A program made the translations under genes and the position numbers. 64,000 nt of DNA from the human T2T-CHM13v2.0 reference genome, Homo sapiens. The notes below the pieces were generated by a model. That model ran no database searches, was not told where the DNA came from, and saw nothing but the letters and a program-made list of their open reading frames with translations. Every line of letters begins with the position of its first letter. Position 1 is the stretch's first letter. The stretch lies in assembly GCF_009914755.1 (NCBI RefSeq), contig NC_060947.1. One strand, given 5' to 3'. Below, piece by piece: positions 35,270 through 52,694 of the stretch.

Positions 35270-36602
35270 AGAAGAATGTGGCCAAGGGACCGCCACTGTG
35301 TATGCACTGAAGAGGTTCCCTAAGAATGCGGCCACGGGACTACTGCCATGTACACACTGAAGACGTTCCCTAAGTATGCGGCCAAGGGACCGCCGCCATG
35401 TACACACTGAAGACATTCCCTAAGAATGTGGCCAAGGGACCTCCACCATGTACACACTGAAGACGCTCCCAAAGAATGCAGCCAAAGGACGGCACTGAAG
35501 ACTTTCCCTAGGGATGGGGCCAAGGGACCACCACCGTGTACACACTGAAGACATTCCCTAAGCATGTGGTCCAAAGGACTGCTGCCATGTACACACTGAA
35601 GACGTTCCCTAAGCTTGTGGCTAAGGGACCACCGCCATGTACACACTGAAGAAGTTCCCTAGCAATAAGGCCAAGTGACCGCTGCCGTTGCACACTGAAG
35701 ACGTTCCCTAAGTATGTGGCTCAGGGACCACCACCATGTACACACTGAAGACGTTCCCTAAGAATGCCGCTAAAAGACAGCACTGAAGACATTCCCTAGG
35801 CACGTGGCTGAGGGGCCTCCGCCATGTACACACTGAAGGCATTCCGAAGCATGTGGCTAAGGGACCACTGCCATGTACACACTGAAGACGTTCCCTAACA
35901 ATGCGCCCAAGGGACCACCACCATGTACACACCGAAGACGTTCCCTAAGAATGCAGCCAAGGGACGGCACTGAAGACTCGTTCCCTAGGCATGTGGCCAA
36001 GGGACCGCACTGAAGAAGTCCCCTAAGCATGCGGCCAAGGGACTGCCACCGTGTACACGCTGAAGACATTCCCTAAGAATGTGGATAAGGGACCGCCGCC
36101 ATGTACACACTGAAGACGTTCCCTAAAAATGCAGCCAAGGGACCGCCGCCATGTATACATTGAAGACGTTCCCAAAGAATGCAGCCAAGCGACGGCACTG
36201 AAGACACTCCCTAGGCATGTGGCCAAGGGACCGCCACCCTATACACACTGAAGACGCTCCCTAAGCATGTGGCTAACAGACTGCGACCATGTACACACTG
36301 AAGACATTCCCTAAGAATGTGGCCAAGGGACCGCCACCGTGTATGCACTGAAGACGTTCCCTAAGCATGTGGCCAAGGGACTGCACTGATGACGTTGCCT
36401 AAGGATGCAGCCAAGGGACTGCCACCGTGTACACACGGAAGACATTCACTAAGAATATGACTAAGGGACCGCCACCATGTACCCACTGAAGATGTTCCCT
36501 AAGCATATAGCCAAGGGACCGACACCATGTACACACTGAAAACGTTCCCTAAGAATGTGGCCAAGGGACCGCCACCTTGTACATAGTGAAGACGTTCCAA
36601 AG
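35270..36602 (+). repeat. 50/38-bp minisatellite array S5
   Basis: Same unit as S1. Confidence 0.95.
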
Positions 36603-38231
36603 GTCCAGCCATAGGCCTGCAAAACATCAGAGGAAAGAATGGTGTGCAGGATCCAGACATCCCACCACTGGGTGTGTACCCAAAGGAAAGGAAATCAGCC
36701 CATCAATGGGATACCTGCATCCCCTGTGCCCTGCAGCACTACTCAGGTTCCAAGATATACAATCAACCCATGTGTCAATCAACAGATGAGTACATCAAGC
36801 AAATGTGGCATAGACACACAGTGGAATAGTATGCAGCCATGAAAAAGGAAATCCTGCCATTTGCGCAACATGGATGGGACTGGAAGATACAATGTGAAGT
36901 GAAATGAACCAGGCACAGAGAGACAAATACTGTATCATCTCGTATGTAGAATCTAAAAAAGCTGAACGCATAAACGCAGAGAGTGCAATGGTGGTTGCCA
37001 GGGAAGAATGCTGAAGTGTTTGTCAAAGAACATAACATTTCAGTTGGAGGCCAGGAGCGCTGTGGCTCATGTCTGGAATCACTGTGCTATGGAAGGCTGA
37101 GGAAGGAGGATCACTGGAGGCCAGGAGTTTGAGACAAGCCTGGGTAACGTAATGAAACCCTATCTCTAAACAAATAAAAAAAAAACTGAAAAAATTAACT
37201 GGATATGGTGGCATGCACCTGTAGTCCCAGCTACTTGGGAGGCTGAGGCAGGAGGATCGCTTTAGCCCAGGAATTCAAGACCAGCCTGAGCAACATAGCA
37301 AGACCCCATCTCTACAAAAAATTTAAAAATTAACCAGGTGTGGTGGTGTGCACCTGCAGTCCCAGCTACCTGGGAGGCTGAGGTGGGAGGGTCACCTGAG
37401 CCATGAGTTGGAGGCTGCCGAGAGCTATGAACATGATGCTGTACTCCAGCCTGGCTATAGGATGAGACTGTCTCAAAAAACATATAAATTACATTAAAAT
37501 TAATTTTTTTCAGTTAGATAAAACAAATGAATTCCAAGTTCTATCACACCACACAGTGATGATAGTTAATAATACATCACGTCTTTCAAAATGACTAAAA
37601 GTAGATTTTACATATTCTCACTACAAAAAAAAGTAGGTGAGGTGATATAGGTTAGAGTTAGAATTATGTGAATATGTAAATTAGCTTGATTGTTAATATG
37701 TTAATTAGCTTCAATGTTAATATGTTAATTAGCCTGATTATTAATATGTTAGTTAATGTGATTGTTAATATGGTAACTAGCTTGATTTAATCATTGCATG
37801 ATGTGTACGTGGATTAAAACATCACGTTGTACCTCATATACGTGTATACAATTACTTTTTTTAACGAAAAATGAATTTTCCAGAAAAATGACTCGCATTT
37901 CCAGGCAGAAAACAAAACAAGTCCCAGTTTCAAGGACAGCTGTGACATATTTAACAGTGTTTCCTCTTAATTCAACACCCTTTATATGACCATGACCCAA
38001 GGGGCTCCAAGTTGCCAAGGAAAGGATTCCAGTTATGTGCTCAAGGTGTATCCACACTGGGCTGGGCGCGGTCACGCCTGTCATCCCAGCGCTTTGGGAG
38101 GCCGAGGTGGGTGGATCACCTGAGGTCACGAGTTCGAGAGCAGCCTGAACAATAGGCTGAAACCCCTTCTCTACTAAAAATTCAAAAATTAGCCGGGTGT
38201 GGTGGCAGGCACCTGCAATCCCAGCTACTCA

Positions 38232-38333
<102 letters not shown>

Positions 38334-40287
38334 TCAAAAAAAAAAAAAGACATTTACGTTGAGATTTCTACACTGTGAAAAAAGATCTGCAATAGGGCAT
38401 CAGGCACCCCAAAGATTCCCAATGCTATTAACCAATCAAATCTACTAGGAAATTGCAATTGCAATCACTCCACAGTTTCCCGGAAAGGTGAACACCCCTC
38501 CAGTAGGAAGCATTCAGTGTTTTCATGCACATCGCTTCATCCATTTCTCAAAACAACGCCATGTAAACTGGATAAACAAAGGGTGGTGCATATACACTAT
38601 GGAATACTACATACCCATGAAAAAGAATGGGATTGGTTGGGTGTGGTGGCTCACACCTATAATCTCAGCACTTTGGGAGGCCGTGGAGGGCAGATTAACT
38701 GAGGTCAGGAGTTCAAAACCAGCCTGGGCAACATGGAGAAACCCCGTCTCTACTAAAAATACAAAATTAGCCGGGCGTGGTGGCATGTGTCTGTAATCTC
38801 AGTTACTCAGAAGGCTGAGGCAGGACAACTGCTTGAACCCGGGAGCTGGTGGTAGCGGTGAGCCGAGATCACACCATTGCACTCCAGCCTGGGCAACAAA
38901 AAGGAAACTGTCTCAAAAAAAAAAAAAAAATGGGATGATGTCCTTTGCAGGAACATGCACGGAGGTGGAGGCCATTATCCTTAGCAAACTTACACAGGAA
39001 CAGAAAACCAAATACCACCTGTTCCCACTGATAAGTGACAGCTAAACATTGGGCACTGGTGGATATAAAGAAGGGAACAGCTGCAGGGGCCTGCTGGAGG
39101 GTGGAGGGTGGGACAAATGAGAGGATCAAAAAACTACCTATCAGATGGTAGTAGGCTTACTACCTGGTTGATGAATTAATCTGTACACTAAACCCCCAGG
39201 ACATGCAATTTACCCGTGTAATGAACCTGCACACGTGCCCCTGAACCTGAAAGTTTAAAAAGTAGGCCAGGAGCAGTGATTCATAATCCCAGCACTTTGG
39301 GAGGCCAAGATGGGTGGATCACTTGAGGCCAGGAGTTCGAGACCACCCTGACCAATATGGTGAAACCCTGTCACTACTAAAAATACAAAATCAGCCGAGC
39401 ATGGTGGCGCATGCCTATAATCTCAGCTACCTTACAGGCTGAGATGGGAGAATCCTTGGAACACGGGAGACGGAGGTTGCAGTGAACCCAGATCATACCA
39501 TTGCACTCCAGCCTGGGCGACAAGAGTGCAAATCATCTCAAAAATAAATAAATAAATAAAACACTACATGTGCTGCTATTGGGAATATTTTACTGAATTT
39601 TTTTTAAGTCCTTTAAAATGTTAGGGTAGTGTCTTAGGAAATCAGGGATTTCCAAAGGCAGGACTTCACGTTGCCAACATGAGTGTGAGAAGGATTCCTT
39701 TCAGTGTAGAAGGTGCTTGCCTGCTCTGTGCTTCCAGAAATCCCCGAGACTTAATAAGGCACCTGGCTCCGTCACTGATCAAAGAATGGGTACCACAACT
39801 TACTGTCCACTGCAAAGCTCCATGGCACCTAGCTCTAGCCAGTTTGTTCACAGCCGTGATTAAGGTGCCCACAGCATCCTCACCAGCCTCAGGAACGTGG
39901 CACAGTCAGCTCGCCACAGGGGTGACCCCAGAAACAAGAGACAGGACTGTTACAGGGACAACACGTGGGACGCCAAAAACCAGAAACAAGAGACAGGAAT
40001 ATTGTAACAGGGACAAAGTCCAGACCACACGGAAGGTGGATGACTCATTTGTCACAGGTGGAAACAGTTTATCTGCGAGTTTGAAACCAGGTGGATCAAG
40101 AATGAAAGGCGCCGCCAGGCGCGGGGGCTCACGCCTGTCATCCTAACATTTTGGGAGGCCGAGGCGGATGGATCACCTGAAGTCAGGAGTTCGAGACCAG
40201 CATGACCAACATGAAGAAAACCCATCTCTACTAAAAATATAAAATTAGCCGGGCGTGGTGGCACATGCCTGTATTCCCAGCTACTCA

Positions 40288-40521
<234 letters not shown>

Positions 40522-40922
40522 CTACACGAATATAGAGAAACACACTAGAAGTCTCTGATAGGATGGGGGCATCTCCAGAAATCCAAAGATTCAGGTTCTG
40601 AATCTCTGATCTGGGTGGGGCTGGGGAGCTGCAGTGCCAGAAAGATAATGAAGCCTTGGCTGTGATTCAGACCATTTCTTGGTATCAAGCGTGTAGGGGA
40701 AGAAGGATGCGGACAGGGCAGGAGAAGGAATGAATGCGGTCAGCACGGTGGCTGGAGGATGTCTGGGATGGCGAGGTGCAGAGAGGAGCAGGCTGGCTGC
40801 GTCTCTCACTGTGCCTGGGATGGGCGGTGACAGAGGAAAGGGATTCCACATGAGAGTCAGAGACACCCAATGAAGAAACAAAAGCAGCTTACAGGGTGGA
40901 AAGGACACAGACACAGACACTC

Positions 40923-42539
40923 AGAAGAATGTGGCCAAGGGATCGCCACCGTGTACGAACTGAAGACGTTTTCTAAGAATGTGGACAAGGGACTGCCACT
41001 CCGTATGCACTGAAGAGGTTCCCAAAGCATGTGGCCAAGGGACCATCGCCATGTACACAATCAAGACAATCCCTAAGCATGTGATTAAGGGACTGCCACC
41101 ATGTACACACTGAAGATGTTCCCTAAGAATGGGGCCAAGGGACCACTGCCATGTACACACTGAAGACGTTCCCTAAGTATGTGGCTAAGGGACCGCCCCC
41201 ATGTACGCACTGAAGACATTCCCTAAGAATGCAGCCAAAAGACGGCACTGAAGACGCTCCCTAAGAATGTGGCCAAGGGACCACAACGGTGTACACACTG
41301 AAGCCATTCCTTAAGCATGTGGCCCAAGGGACTGCCACGCTGTGCATACTGAAGACGATCCCTAAGCTTGTGGCTAAGGGACGGCGGCCATCTACACACC
41401 AAAGACGTTCCCTAACAATGCGGCCAAGGGACCACTGCTGTGCACACACTGAAGATGTTCCCTAAGTGTGTGGCTAAGGGACCTCTGCCATGTACACACT
41501 GAAGACGTTCCCTAAGAATGCAGCTAAAAGATGGCACTGAAGACGTTCCCTAAGCATGTGGCCAAGAGACTGCCACCATATACACACTGAAGACGTTCCC
41601 TAAGCTTGTGGCTAAGGGACCGCCGCCATGTACACACTTAAGACGTTCCCTAAGAATGCGGCCAAGGGACCGCCACCATGTACACACTGAAGACGTTCCC
41701 TAAAAATGCAGGGAAGGGACAGCACTAAAGATGTTCCCTAGGCATGTGGCCAAGGGAATGCACTGAAGATGTTCCCTAAGCATGCAGCCAAAGAACTGCC
41801 ACCATGTATACACTGAAGACATTCCCTAGGAATGTGGGTGAGGGACTGCTACCATGTGCACACTGAAGATGTTCCCTAAGAATGCAACCAAGGGACCACT
41901 GCTGTGTGCAGTGAAGACACTCCCTAAGTATGTGGCTAAGGGACCTCCGCCATGTGCACACTGAAGACATTCCCTAAGAATGCAGCTGGCACTGAAGACG
42001 TTCCCCTAGGCATAATGACCAAGGGACCCCACTGTATACAACTGAAGACGTTCCCTAAGCATGTGGCTAAGGGACTGCCACCAAGAACACAATGAAGACG
42101 TTCCCTAAGCATGCGGCTAAGGGAATGCCGACATGTACACACTGAAGAGGTTCCCTAAGAATGCGACCAGGGGACCGCCACCATGTACACACTGAAGACA
42201 GTCCCTAAGCATGTGGCACAAGGGACCGCCGCCCTGTGCACACTGAAGATGTTCCCTAACCATGGGGCCAACAGACTGCCACCGTGTACACACTGAAGAC
42301 ATTCCCTAAGCATGTGGCTAAGGGACCGCCGCCAGGTACACAATGAAGATGTTCCCTAGGCATGTGGCCAAGGGATCACACTCACTGAAGACGTTCCCTA
42401 AGCATACAGCCAAGGGACTGCCACCGTGTACACACTGAACACGTTCCCTAAGAATGTGGTTAAGGGACCGCCGCCATGTACACACTGAAGATGTTCCCTA
42501 AGAATGTGGCCAAGGGAATGCACTGAAGACCTTCCCTAA
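40923..42539 (+). repeat. 50/38-bp minisatellite array S6
   Basis: Same unit as S1. Confidence 0.95.
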
Positions 42540-42860
42540 TACAAAAGCTAAGACATTGTGGGTGTACCACACACTTCCTACAGCTGTGGGAAAATGAGGC
42601 TCTTCAGGGCACCTCCATGACTAGCCACAAACCCAGCTAGGAGAGCCACGGAAAGAATGGGGTGGTGTAACTGCAGTAATTACCAAGACATAATTCGATC
42701 TAATCGCCTTCTAAATAAATGGCTCCCTTAACTCTGCCCAGCCCACTTGATTCACACCAAGGAAGACGTCTTTAACATACAAAATCAGGCTGTGAGGAGT
42801 AAAACTTGGACAATGCCATTTCATCACAGCACAGAGCCACGGTGAGACCAGCACCTCTTA

Positions 42861-43226
<366 letters not shown>

Positions 43227-43613
43227 CTACACTGTGAAAAAAATATCTGTAATAGTGCATCAGGCACCCCAAAAATTCCCAATGCTCTTAATTAATCAAA
43301 TCTACTAGGAAATTGCAATTGCAATGACTCCACAGTTTCCCAGGAGGCAAACACCATTCCAATAGAAAGCATTCACTGTTTTTATGCAAATCATTTCATC
43401 CATTCCTCAAAACGACGCCACGTAGACTGGATAAAGAAAAGGTGGTGTACATACACCACAGAATACTATGCATTCTTGAAAAAGAATGGGATTGACCAGG
43501 TGTGGAGACTCACACCTGTAATCCCAGCATTTTGGGAGGCCAAAGCAGGCGGATTACCTGAGGTCGGGAGTTCAAGACCAGCCTGGCCAACATGGAAAAA
43601 CCCGTCTCTACTA

Positions 43614-43850
<237 letters not shown>

Positions 43851-45146
43851 TTAAAATATTAGGGTAGTGTCTTAGGAAATCAGGGACTTCACGATGCCAA
43901 CATGAGTGTGAGAAGGATTCCTTTCAATGTAGAAGCTGTTTCCCTGCTCTGGGCTTCCACAAATCCCCAAGACCTAATAAGACACCTGGCTCCGTCACTG
44001 ATCAAAGAATGGGTACCACGACTTAGTGTCCACTGCAAAGCTCCATGGCACCTAGCTCTAGCCAGTTTGTTCACAGCCGTGATTAAGGTGCCCACAGCAT
44101 CCTCACCAGCCTCAGGAACGTGGCACAGTCAGCTCGCCACACGGGTGACCCCAGAAACAACAGACAGGACTGTTACAGGGACAACATGTGGGATGCAAAA
44201 AACCAGAAACAAGAGACAGGAATATTATAACAGGGACAAAGTCCAGACCACATGGAAGGTGGATGACTCATTTGTCACAGGTGGAAACAGTTTATCTGTG
44301 AGTTTAAAACCAGGTGGATCAAGAAAGAAAGGTGCGGCCAGGCGCGGGGGCTCACACCTGTCATCTCAACACTTTGGGAGGCCGAGGCGGATGGATCACC
44401 TGAGGTCAGGAGTTCGAGACCAACATGACCAACATGAAGAACACCCATCTCTACTAAAAATATAAAATTAGCCGAGCGTGGTGGCACATGCCTGTATTCC
44501 CAGCTACTCAGGAGACTGAGGCAGGAGAATTGCTCGAATCTGGGAGGCAGGGGTTACAGTGAGCCGAGATCCCTCCACTGCACTCCAGCCTGGGTGACAG
44601 GGTGACAGAGCAAGACTCCGTCTCAAAAAAAAAAAAAAGAATGAAAGGTGCACAGAGGCAGCCAGGACACAAGCCCCTTCCACCCCGGGCCCGGGAAATG
44701 CACAGACCACCTTCTAAGGTTTCTCTCCTGTCATCCTCCCAAGTCTACACGGATATAAAGAAACACACTAGAAGTCTCTGATAGGATGGGGGCATCTCCA
44801 GAAATCCGAAGATTCAGGTTCTGAATCTCTGATCTGGGTGGGGCTGGGGAGCTGCAGTTCCAGAAAGCAAATGAAGCCTTGGCTGTGATTCAGACCATTT
44901 CTTGGTATCAAACGTGTAGGGGAAGAAGGATGCGGACAGGGCAGGAGAAGGAATGAATGCGGTCAGGACGGTGGCTGGAGGATGTCTGGGATGGCGACGT
45001 GCAGAGAGGAGCAGGCTGGCTGCGTCTCTCACTGTGCCTGGGATGGGCGGTGACAGAGGAAAGGGATTCCACATGAGAGTCACAGACACCCAGTGAAGAA
45101 GCAAAAGCAGCTTACAGGGTGGAAAGAACACAGACACAGACACTCA

Positions 45147-46766
45147 GAAGAATGTGGCAGGGACACATTCTGGCCAATGGACTGTCACCTTGTACAAACT
45201 GAAGACGTTTTCTAAGAATGTGGCCAAGGGATCACACTGAAGACGTTCCCTAAGAATGTGGCCAAGGGACTGCACTAAAGATGTTCTCTAAGCATGCGGC
45301 CAAGGGACCACCAGTGTGTACACATTGAAGAGGTTCCCTAAGAATATGGCTAAGAAACAGCACTGAAGACATTCCCTAAGCATGTGGCCCTGGGACATCC
45401 ACAGTGTACACACTGAAGACATTCCCTAAGAATGTGGTTGAGGGACCGCACTGAAGACGTTCCCTAAGAATGACGCCAGGGGACTGCCACCGTGTATGCA
45501 CTGAAGATATTCCCTAAGAATGTGGCCAAGGGACCAACCAGGGCTGTGACTGAAGACGTTCCCTAAGCGTGCGGCCAAGGGACCACCATTGTGTAGGCAC
45601 TGACGACGTTCCCTTAGAATGTGGCCCAGGGACCACCACCATGTAAGAAGTGAAGACGCTCCCTAAGAATGTGGCCAAGGGACCACCACGGTGTACACAC
45701 TCAAGACGTTCCCTAAGTATGTGGCTAAGGGACCACCGCCATGTACGCACTGAAGACGTTCCCTAAGAATGCAGCCAAGGGAAGGCACTGAAGACATTCC
45801 CTAGGCATGGGGCCAAGGGATGGCCACCATGTACACACTGAAGTCATTCCCTAAGCATGTAGCCCAAGGGACCACCACCGTGTGCACACTGAAGATGTTC
45901 CCTAAGCTTGTGGCTAAGGGACCACAGCCATGTACATACTGAAGATGTTCGCTAACAATGCAGCCAAAGGACTGCTGCCCTGTACACACTGAAGACGTTC
46001 CCTAAGCATGTGGCCCAAGGGACTCCCACCCTGTGCACACTGAAGATGATCCCTAAGCATGTGGCTAAGGGACCACCACCATGTACACACTGAAGACATT
46101 CCCTAAGCATGTGGCCCAAGGGACTCCCGCACTGTGCACACTGAAGATGATCCCTAAGCTTGTGGCTAAGGGACCTCCGCCACGTACACACTGAAGACAT
46201 TCCCTAAGAATGTGGCCAAGGGACCACCACCATGTGCACACTGACGACATTCCGTAAGAATATGGCCCTGTGCACACTGAAGACATTCCCTAAGCATGTG
46301 GCTACGGGACCACCGTGTACGCACTGAAGACATTCCGTAAGAATGCGACCAGGGGACCGCCACATGTGCACACTGAAGACATTCCCTAAGAAAACGGCCA
46401 AGGGACGGCACTTAAGACGTTCCCTAAGCATGTGGCCCAAGGGACCACTGCCCTGTGCACACTGAAGATGTTCGCTAAGCATGTGGCTAAGGGACTGCCG
46501 CCATGTACACACTGAAGACATTCCCTAAGAATGTGGCCAAGGGACCGCCACAGTGTACACACTGAAGACGTTCTCTAAGAATGTGGCCAATGGACCACAC
46601 TGTAGACGTTCCCTAAGCATGCAGCAAAGGGACTGCCACCGTGTACACACTGAAGACATTCCCTAAGAATGTGGCTATGGGACTGTCGCCATGTACACAC
46701 TGAAGATGTTCCCTAAGCATGTGGCCAAGGGACGGACGCCATGGACACTGGGAAGACGTTCACTAA
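45147..46766 (+). repeat. 50/38-bp minisatellite array S7
   Basis: Same unit as S1. Confidence 0.95.
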
Positions 46767-48296
46767 AGTCCAGAAACGGGCCTGCGAAACACCAAAGGAA
46801 AGAATGTTGTGCAGGATCCAGTCATCCCACCGCTTGGTGTGTACCCAAAGGAAAGGAAATCAGCCCATCAATGGGATACCTGCACCCCCTGTGCACTGCC
46901 AACACTACTAACAGTTTCCAAGATATAGAATCAACCCATGTGTCAATCAACAGATGAGCGTATCAAGCAAATGTGGCATAGACACACAATGGAATAGTAT
47001 GCAGCCATGAAAAAGGAAATCCTGCCATTTGCAGCAACATGGATGGGACTGGAAGATACAATGTGAAGTGAAATGAACCAGGCACAGAGAGACAAATACT
47101 GTATCATCTCGTATGTAGAATCTAAAAAAGCTGAACGCATAAACGCAGAGAGTGCAATGGTGGTTGCCAGGGAAGAATGCTTCATGAAGTGTTTGTCAAA
47201 GAACATAAAATTTCAGTTGGAGGCCAGGAGCGGTGGCTCATGTCTGGAATCACAATGCTATGGAAGGCTGAGGAAGGAGGATCACTGGAGGCCAAGAGTT
47301 TGAGACAAGCCTGGGCAACATAATGAAACCGCATCTTTAAAAAAAAAAAAAAATTAGCTGGGTATGGTAGCATGCACCTGCAGTCCCAGCTACTTGGGAG
47401 GCTGAGGCAGGAGGATCGCTTCAGCCCAGGAATTCAAGACCAGCCTAAGCAACATAGCAAGACCCCATCTCTGCAAAAAACTTAAAAAATTAACCAGGTG
47501 TGGTGGTGTGCACCTGTAGTCCCAGCTACCTGGGAGGCTGTGGTGGGAGGGTCACCTGAGCCAGGAGTTGGAGGCTGCCATGAGCTATGAACATGATGCT
47601 GCACTCCAGCCTGGGTGATAGGGTGAGACTGTCTCAAAAAAAATAAATTACATTAAAATTAAATTTTTCCAGTTAGATAGAAGAAATAAATTCAAAGTTC
47701 TACCACACCACACAGTGATTATCATTAATAATAATACATTGCGTTTTTCAAAATGACTAAAAGTAGATTTTACACATTCTCACCACAAAAAAAAGTAGGT
47801 GAGGTGATATAGGTCAGAGTTAGGATTATGTGAATATGTTAATTAGCTTGTTAATATGTTAATTAGCTTGAATGTTAATGTGTTAATTAGCTTGATTATT
47901 GATATGTTAATTAGGTTAATAATATGGTAACCAGCTTGATTTAATCATTGCACAATGTGTACTCGGATTAAAACATCACGTTGTACCTCCTATATATGTA
48001 TACAATTATTTTCTATAAAATAATTCTATAAAGATAGCTCGCATTTCCAGGCAGAAAGCAAAACAAGTCCCAGTTTCGAGGACAGCTGTGACATATTTAA
48101 TGGTGTCTCCTCTTAATTCAACAGTTTATATGACCATGACACAAGGGGCTCCAAGTTTCCAAGGAAAGGATTCCAGTTATGTGCTCAAGGTGTATCCACA
48201 CTGGGCTGGTCGCGGTGGCTCACGCCTGTCATCCCAGCACTTTGGGAGGCTGAGGCGGGTGGATCACCTGAGGTCAGGAGTTCCAGACCAGCTTTA

Positions 48297-48482
<186 letters not shown>

Positions 48483-48921
48483 TTAAAAAAAAAAAATGGT
48501 ATCCACACTGCAGCATGGACCAGAAGAGATGACCTTCCAGTGAGCACACGAGGTCGTCTCACAAAGCGGCGAGTGTTCCCAGTTATTACTCGGAGGGCCG
48601 GGCCTGCTCAGGAGGGTTGGTGAGATCAGGCTGTCCCCTAACACACACATGGCAGGGCTCATCCTCCCGAGTACATGCAAACTGCACTGAGCCGGCTCCC
48701 CATGGAACTCCAAAAATAGCCCAGCTGGGAAGAAATGGAACGTTCTGGGGGACACTGATTTTCACATTGAAATTTCCTATCTTTTTAAATTTATTTTGGT
48801 TGAGACAGTCGCCCAGGCTATTGCCCAGCCTGGAGTGCAGTGGCATGATCGTAGCTTATGGCAGCCTCAGCCTCCTTGGGCTCAAGCGATCCTTCAGCCT
48901 CAGCCTCCCAAGTAGCTGTGA

Positions 48922-49268
<347 letters not shown>

Positions 49269-50255
49269 TAGGCACAGGATCTCGCTGTTTGCCCAGGCTG
49301 ATCTCAAACTCAGGCTCAAAAATCATCCTCCTGCCTCAGCCTCCCAAAGTGCTGGGATGACAGGTGTGAGCCATTGTGCCCGGTCTCATACCATTTTTGA
49401 ATCATGAAACTTTATTATTCTTTGCATTTCTTTCCCCCAAGAATTTAAACATGTAAGAAGCAAACCAACACCTTTTAAAACCTAAACATAATTCTTAGCT
49501 TGTGGATACAGTTTTGGAAGCAATTTAAATTCTAGAAATCCTGCAGTAACTGCCTATTTGATACGTTCTCAGAGTTCCTGCCTTTCCAGTTAAACACAAA
49601 TAAAATAGGAGTCCAGTGACCTCGAACACCCCAGGGTAAGAACGCACAAGCTAAAAGCCAGTTGGAGCCTGAATGTGAAAAGGCAATCATTCCTTCTGCA
49701 TCAAAACATCTGCACCCACGGGTCCACCCGTCAGCCAAAAGCCACCTCAGCAATGCTACCAAAACAGGGAAAAGAAAGGCTACCCTCTTTCTTTCATGCA
49801 AGCCCTCTAAGATAACGCACAACCTACTAGCTCACGTAAATTAGGGCACAAAGAACCCAACTGAAATCCTGGCAGAACAAGCACAACTTCTGCTTAATCG
49901 TGAACTCATTTATTTATTTATTTAGAGACAGGGTCTCACTCTTTTGCCCAGGCTGCACGACAGTGATGCAATCTCAGCTCACTGCAGCCTCGACTTTCCG
50001 GGCTCCAGCGATCCTCCCACCTCAGTCTCCCAAGTAGCTGTGATCACACATGCGTGCCACCATGTTTGGCTAATTTTTATTATTATTATTATTATTTTTA
50101 GAGGCAGCATCTCTTGCTTTATTTTCCAGGCTGGAGTGCAGTGGTATGGTCACAGCTCACTGCAGCCTCCAACTCCCAAGCTCAAGTGATCCTCCCACCT
50201 TCGCCTCCTGAGTAGCTGGGACTGACTACAGACATGCGCCTCCAAGCCTGGCTAA

Positions 50256-50480
<225 letters not shown>

Positions 50481-50784
50481 TGACAAAAACCTCACGTGTG
50501 TTACCTAAAGAAACACAGAGCCCAGAGTGTGCGATCTGAGCTGTTTCTCAAACCAGGACAAATAAGTGGATTCCAATTGGTGCCTCGAGAAAAAAAAGGG
50601 AAAAAGTGGCAAAAAAAAAAAAAAAAAAAAGTAGTTTCAACAAAGTCCAGCGGTTATTTTTGGAAGGCCCACTCACCAAGAACAGTGTTTACATTCGTAC
50701 ATCTTTTTTCTGAATTTCTTAATGGTTGGGGGAAAAAAAGAAGTCAACAGAGCAATAATATTTCTTGACACAACATTTATATAA

Positions 50785-51092
<308 letters not shown>

Positions 51093-52288
51093 AATGGATG
51101 CTTTTAGACACAACGGCAAAACTAAGTTGTTGAGAGACAGAGAATGCATGGTCCGCGGAGCCAAAAATATTTCCTCTCTGACCCCTTAAAGTTGACACCA
51201 TCAGGGTACTCATGCCAAGGACCTCCCGCATCTGACTGCAACACAAAAGGACAGGCAGCCGCAGCTAGGAAGGAGCCTGGCTGCAAAGCCCTGAAACCCG
51301 AAAGCTTCCCAGAAGTTGCTCAGAAAGGAACTCATGCAGTTTGAGAAAATCTGGAAGAAACGAGCCAAACCCTGCTGTTTTCGTCGTCTGAAGAAATGAG
51401 CAAAACACTGCCGTTTTGCTGCAGACGGTCCTGTGAGAGTTTGCATTCTCTGTTCACCAGGCAGGGGCATGGCGAGTTCATTTTATAAAACTCTCAGGTG
51501 AGCCCCACGATTTGACGGAGCAGAAATCACTGGGAAAGGACGGGGCGGCGGGCCTGAGATCACAGAGGGGAAAACAGTAGAACTGCTGCCCAAGCACATC
51601 TGAGACTCGCAGAAGGCGCAGGAAGATGGTCGGAACAAAAGCACGAGCTGGCTGCGCCAGGAATCCGGTCTCTGGGCCTCCTCTGCACTCACGAGCAAAT
51701 GAACGTCACCACCGAGATTTCGGCGCCCCAGAAACAGCCCAACCGGCTCCTTCCCACCAGCTGCCTCTTTACTAAAACATCCGAAACCTTTTTCTCACTT
51801 TCCCCAAGCTGTTTTCCTCACCCTTCAGAGGCCTGCTGGGAAAACAGTTCGAAGCAGGCAATTCTGCAAAGTGGGGGGGAAACAAAACCAACCAGCTCAG
51901 AGTTAGGGCTGTGCAGCCAGATGCAAGCGTGAAAACAAAACCGAACCGAAAAATCCCACCACTGTGCGGAAGGAGTGCCACACAGGCTGGGATGAGAACC
52001 GTCGGGGTTAGGGAAATGTCTCTGTAAGAAACCCTCAAGGACTAGAATTACTCCTAATGGGAAAAACGTGTAAACATGTCCCACTTAAATGAACATCACG
52101 ATGCAAATGCTTAGTTATGAGGACTGAAAATGAACCCCTTTCAACCCAAAACGTGCAAGAAAGAGAAATTTCGGCATTTTAATGATGCCCAAGGACAGGC
52201 AGTCAACCAACAGCACTTGGAAAGGGCAAGTCTGGGCAGAGGTGCACATCCCGGCCTTCCTGTGTTTCTTGGGGGCCATTGTTTTCTC

Positions 52289-52694
52289 AGGAGGGAGGAA
52301 AAGAGGGAGGGAGGAAGGAAAAAGGGATGGAAGGAAAACGAAAGAGGAAGGGAGGGAGGGAGAAAAGGGAGGGAGGGACAGAGGGAGGGAGGAAAGGAAG
52401 GAAGGAGGAAGGGAGGGAGACAGGGAGGGACAGAGGGAAGGAAGGAGGGAGGGAGGAGAGGGAGGGAGGGAGGGAGGGATGGGGGAAGGAGGGAGGGGAG
52501 GAAAGGGAGGCAGAGAGGGAGGGGAGGGAGGGAACGGAGAGAAGGAAGGGAGAAAAGGGAGAGAAGGGAGAGAAGGAAGGAAGGGAGAGAAGGAAGGAAG
52601 GGAGAGAAAGAAAGAAGGGAAGGGAGGGAAGGAAGGGAGAGAAGAAGAGACAAGGATGGGAGGGAAGGAAGGAAGGAAAGAAGGAAGAAAGGAA
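52289..52694. repeat. Polypurine/polypyrimidine low-complexity tract (GGAA/GGGA/GAGA)
   Basis: About 400 bp of almost only G and A on the + strand. Confidence 0.95.
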
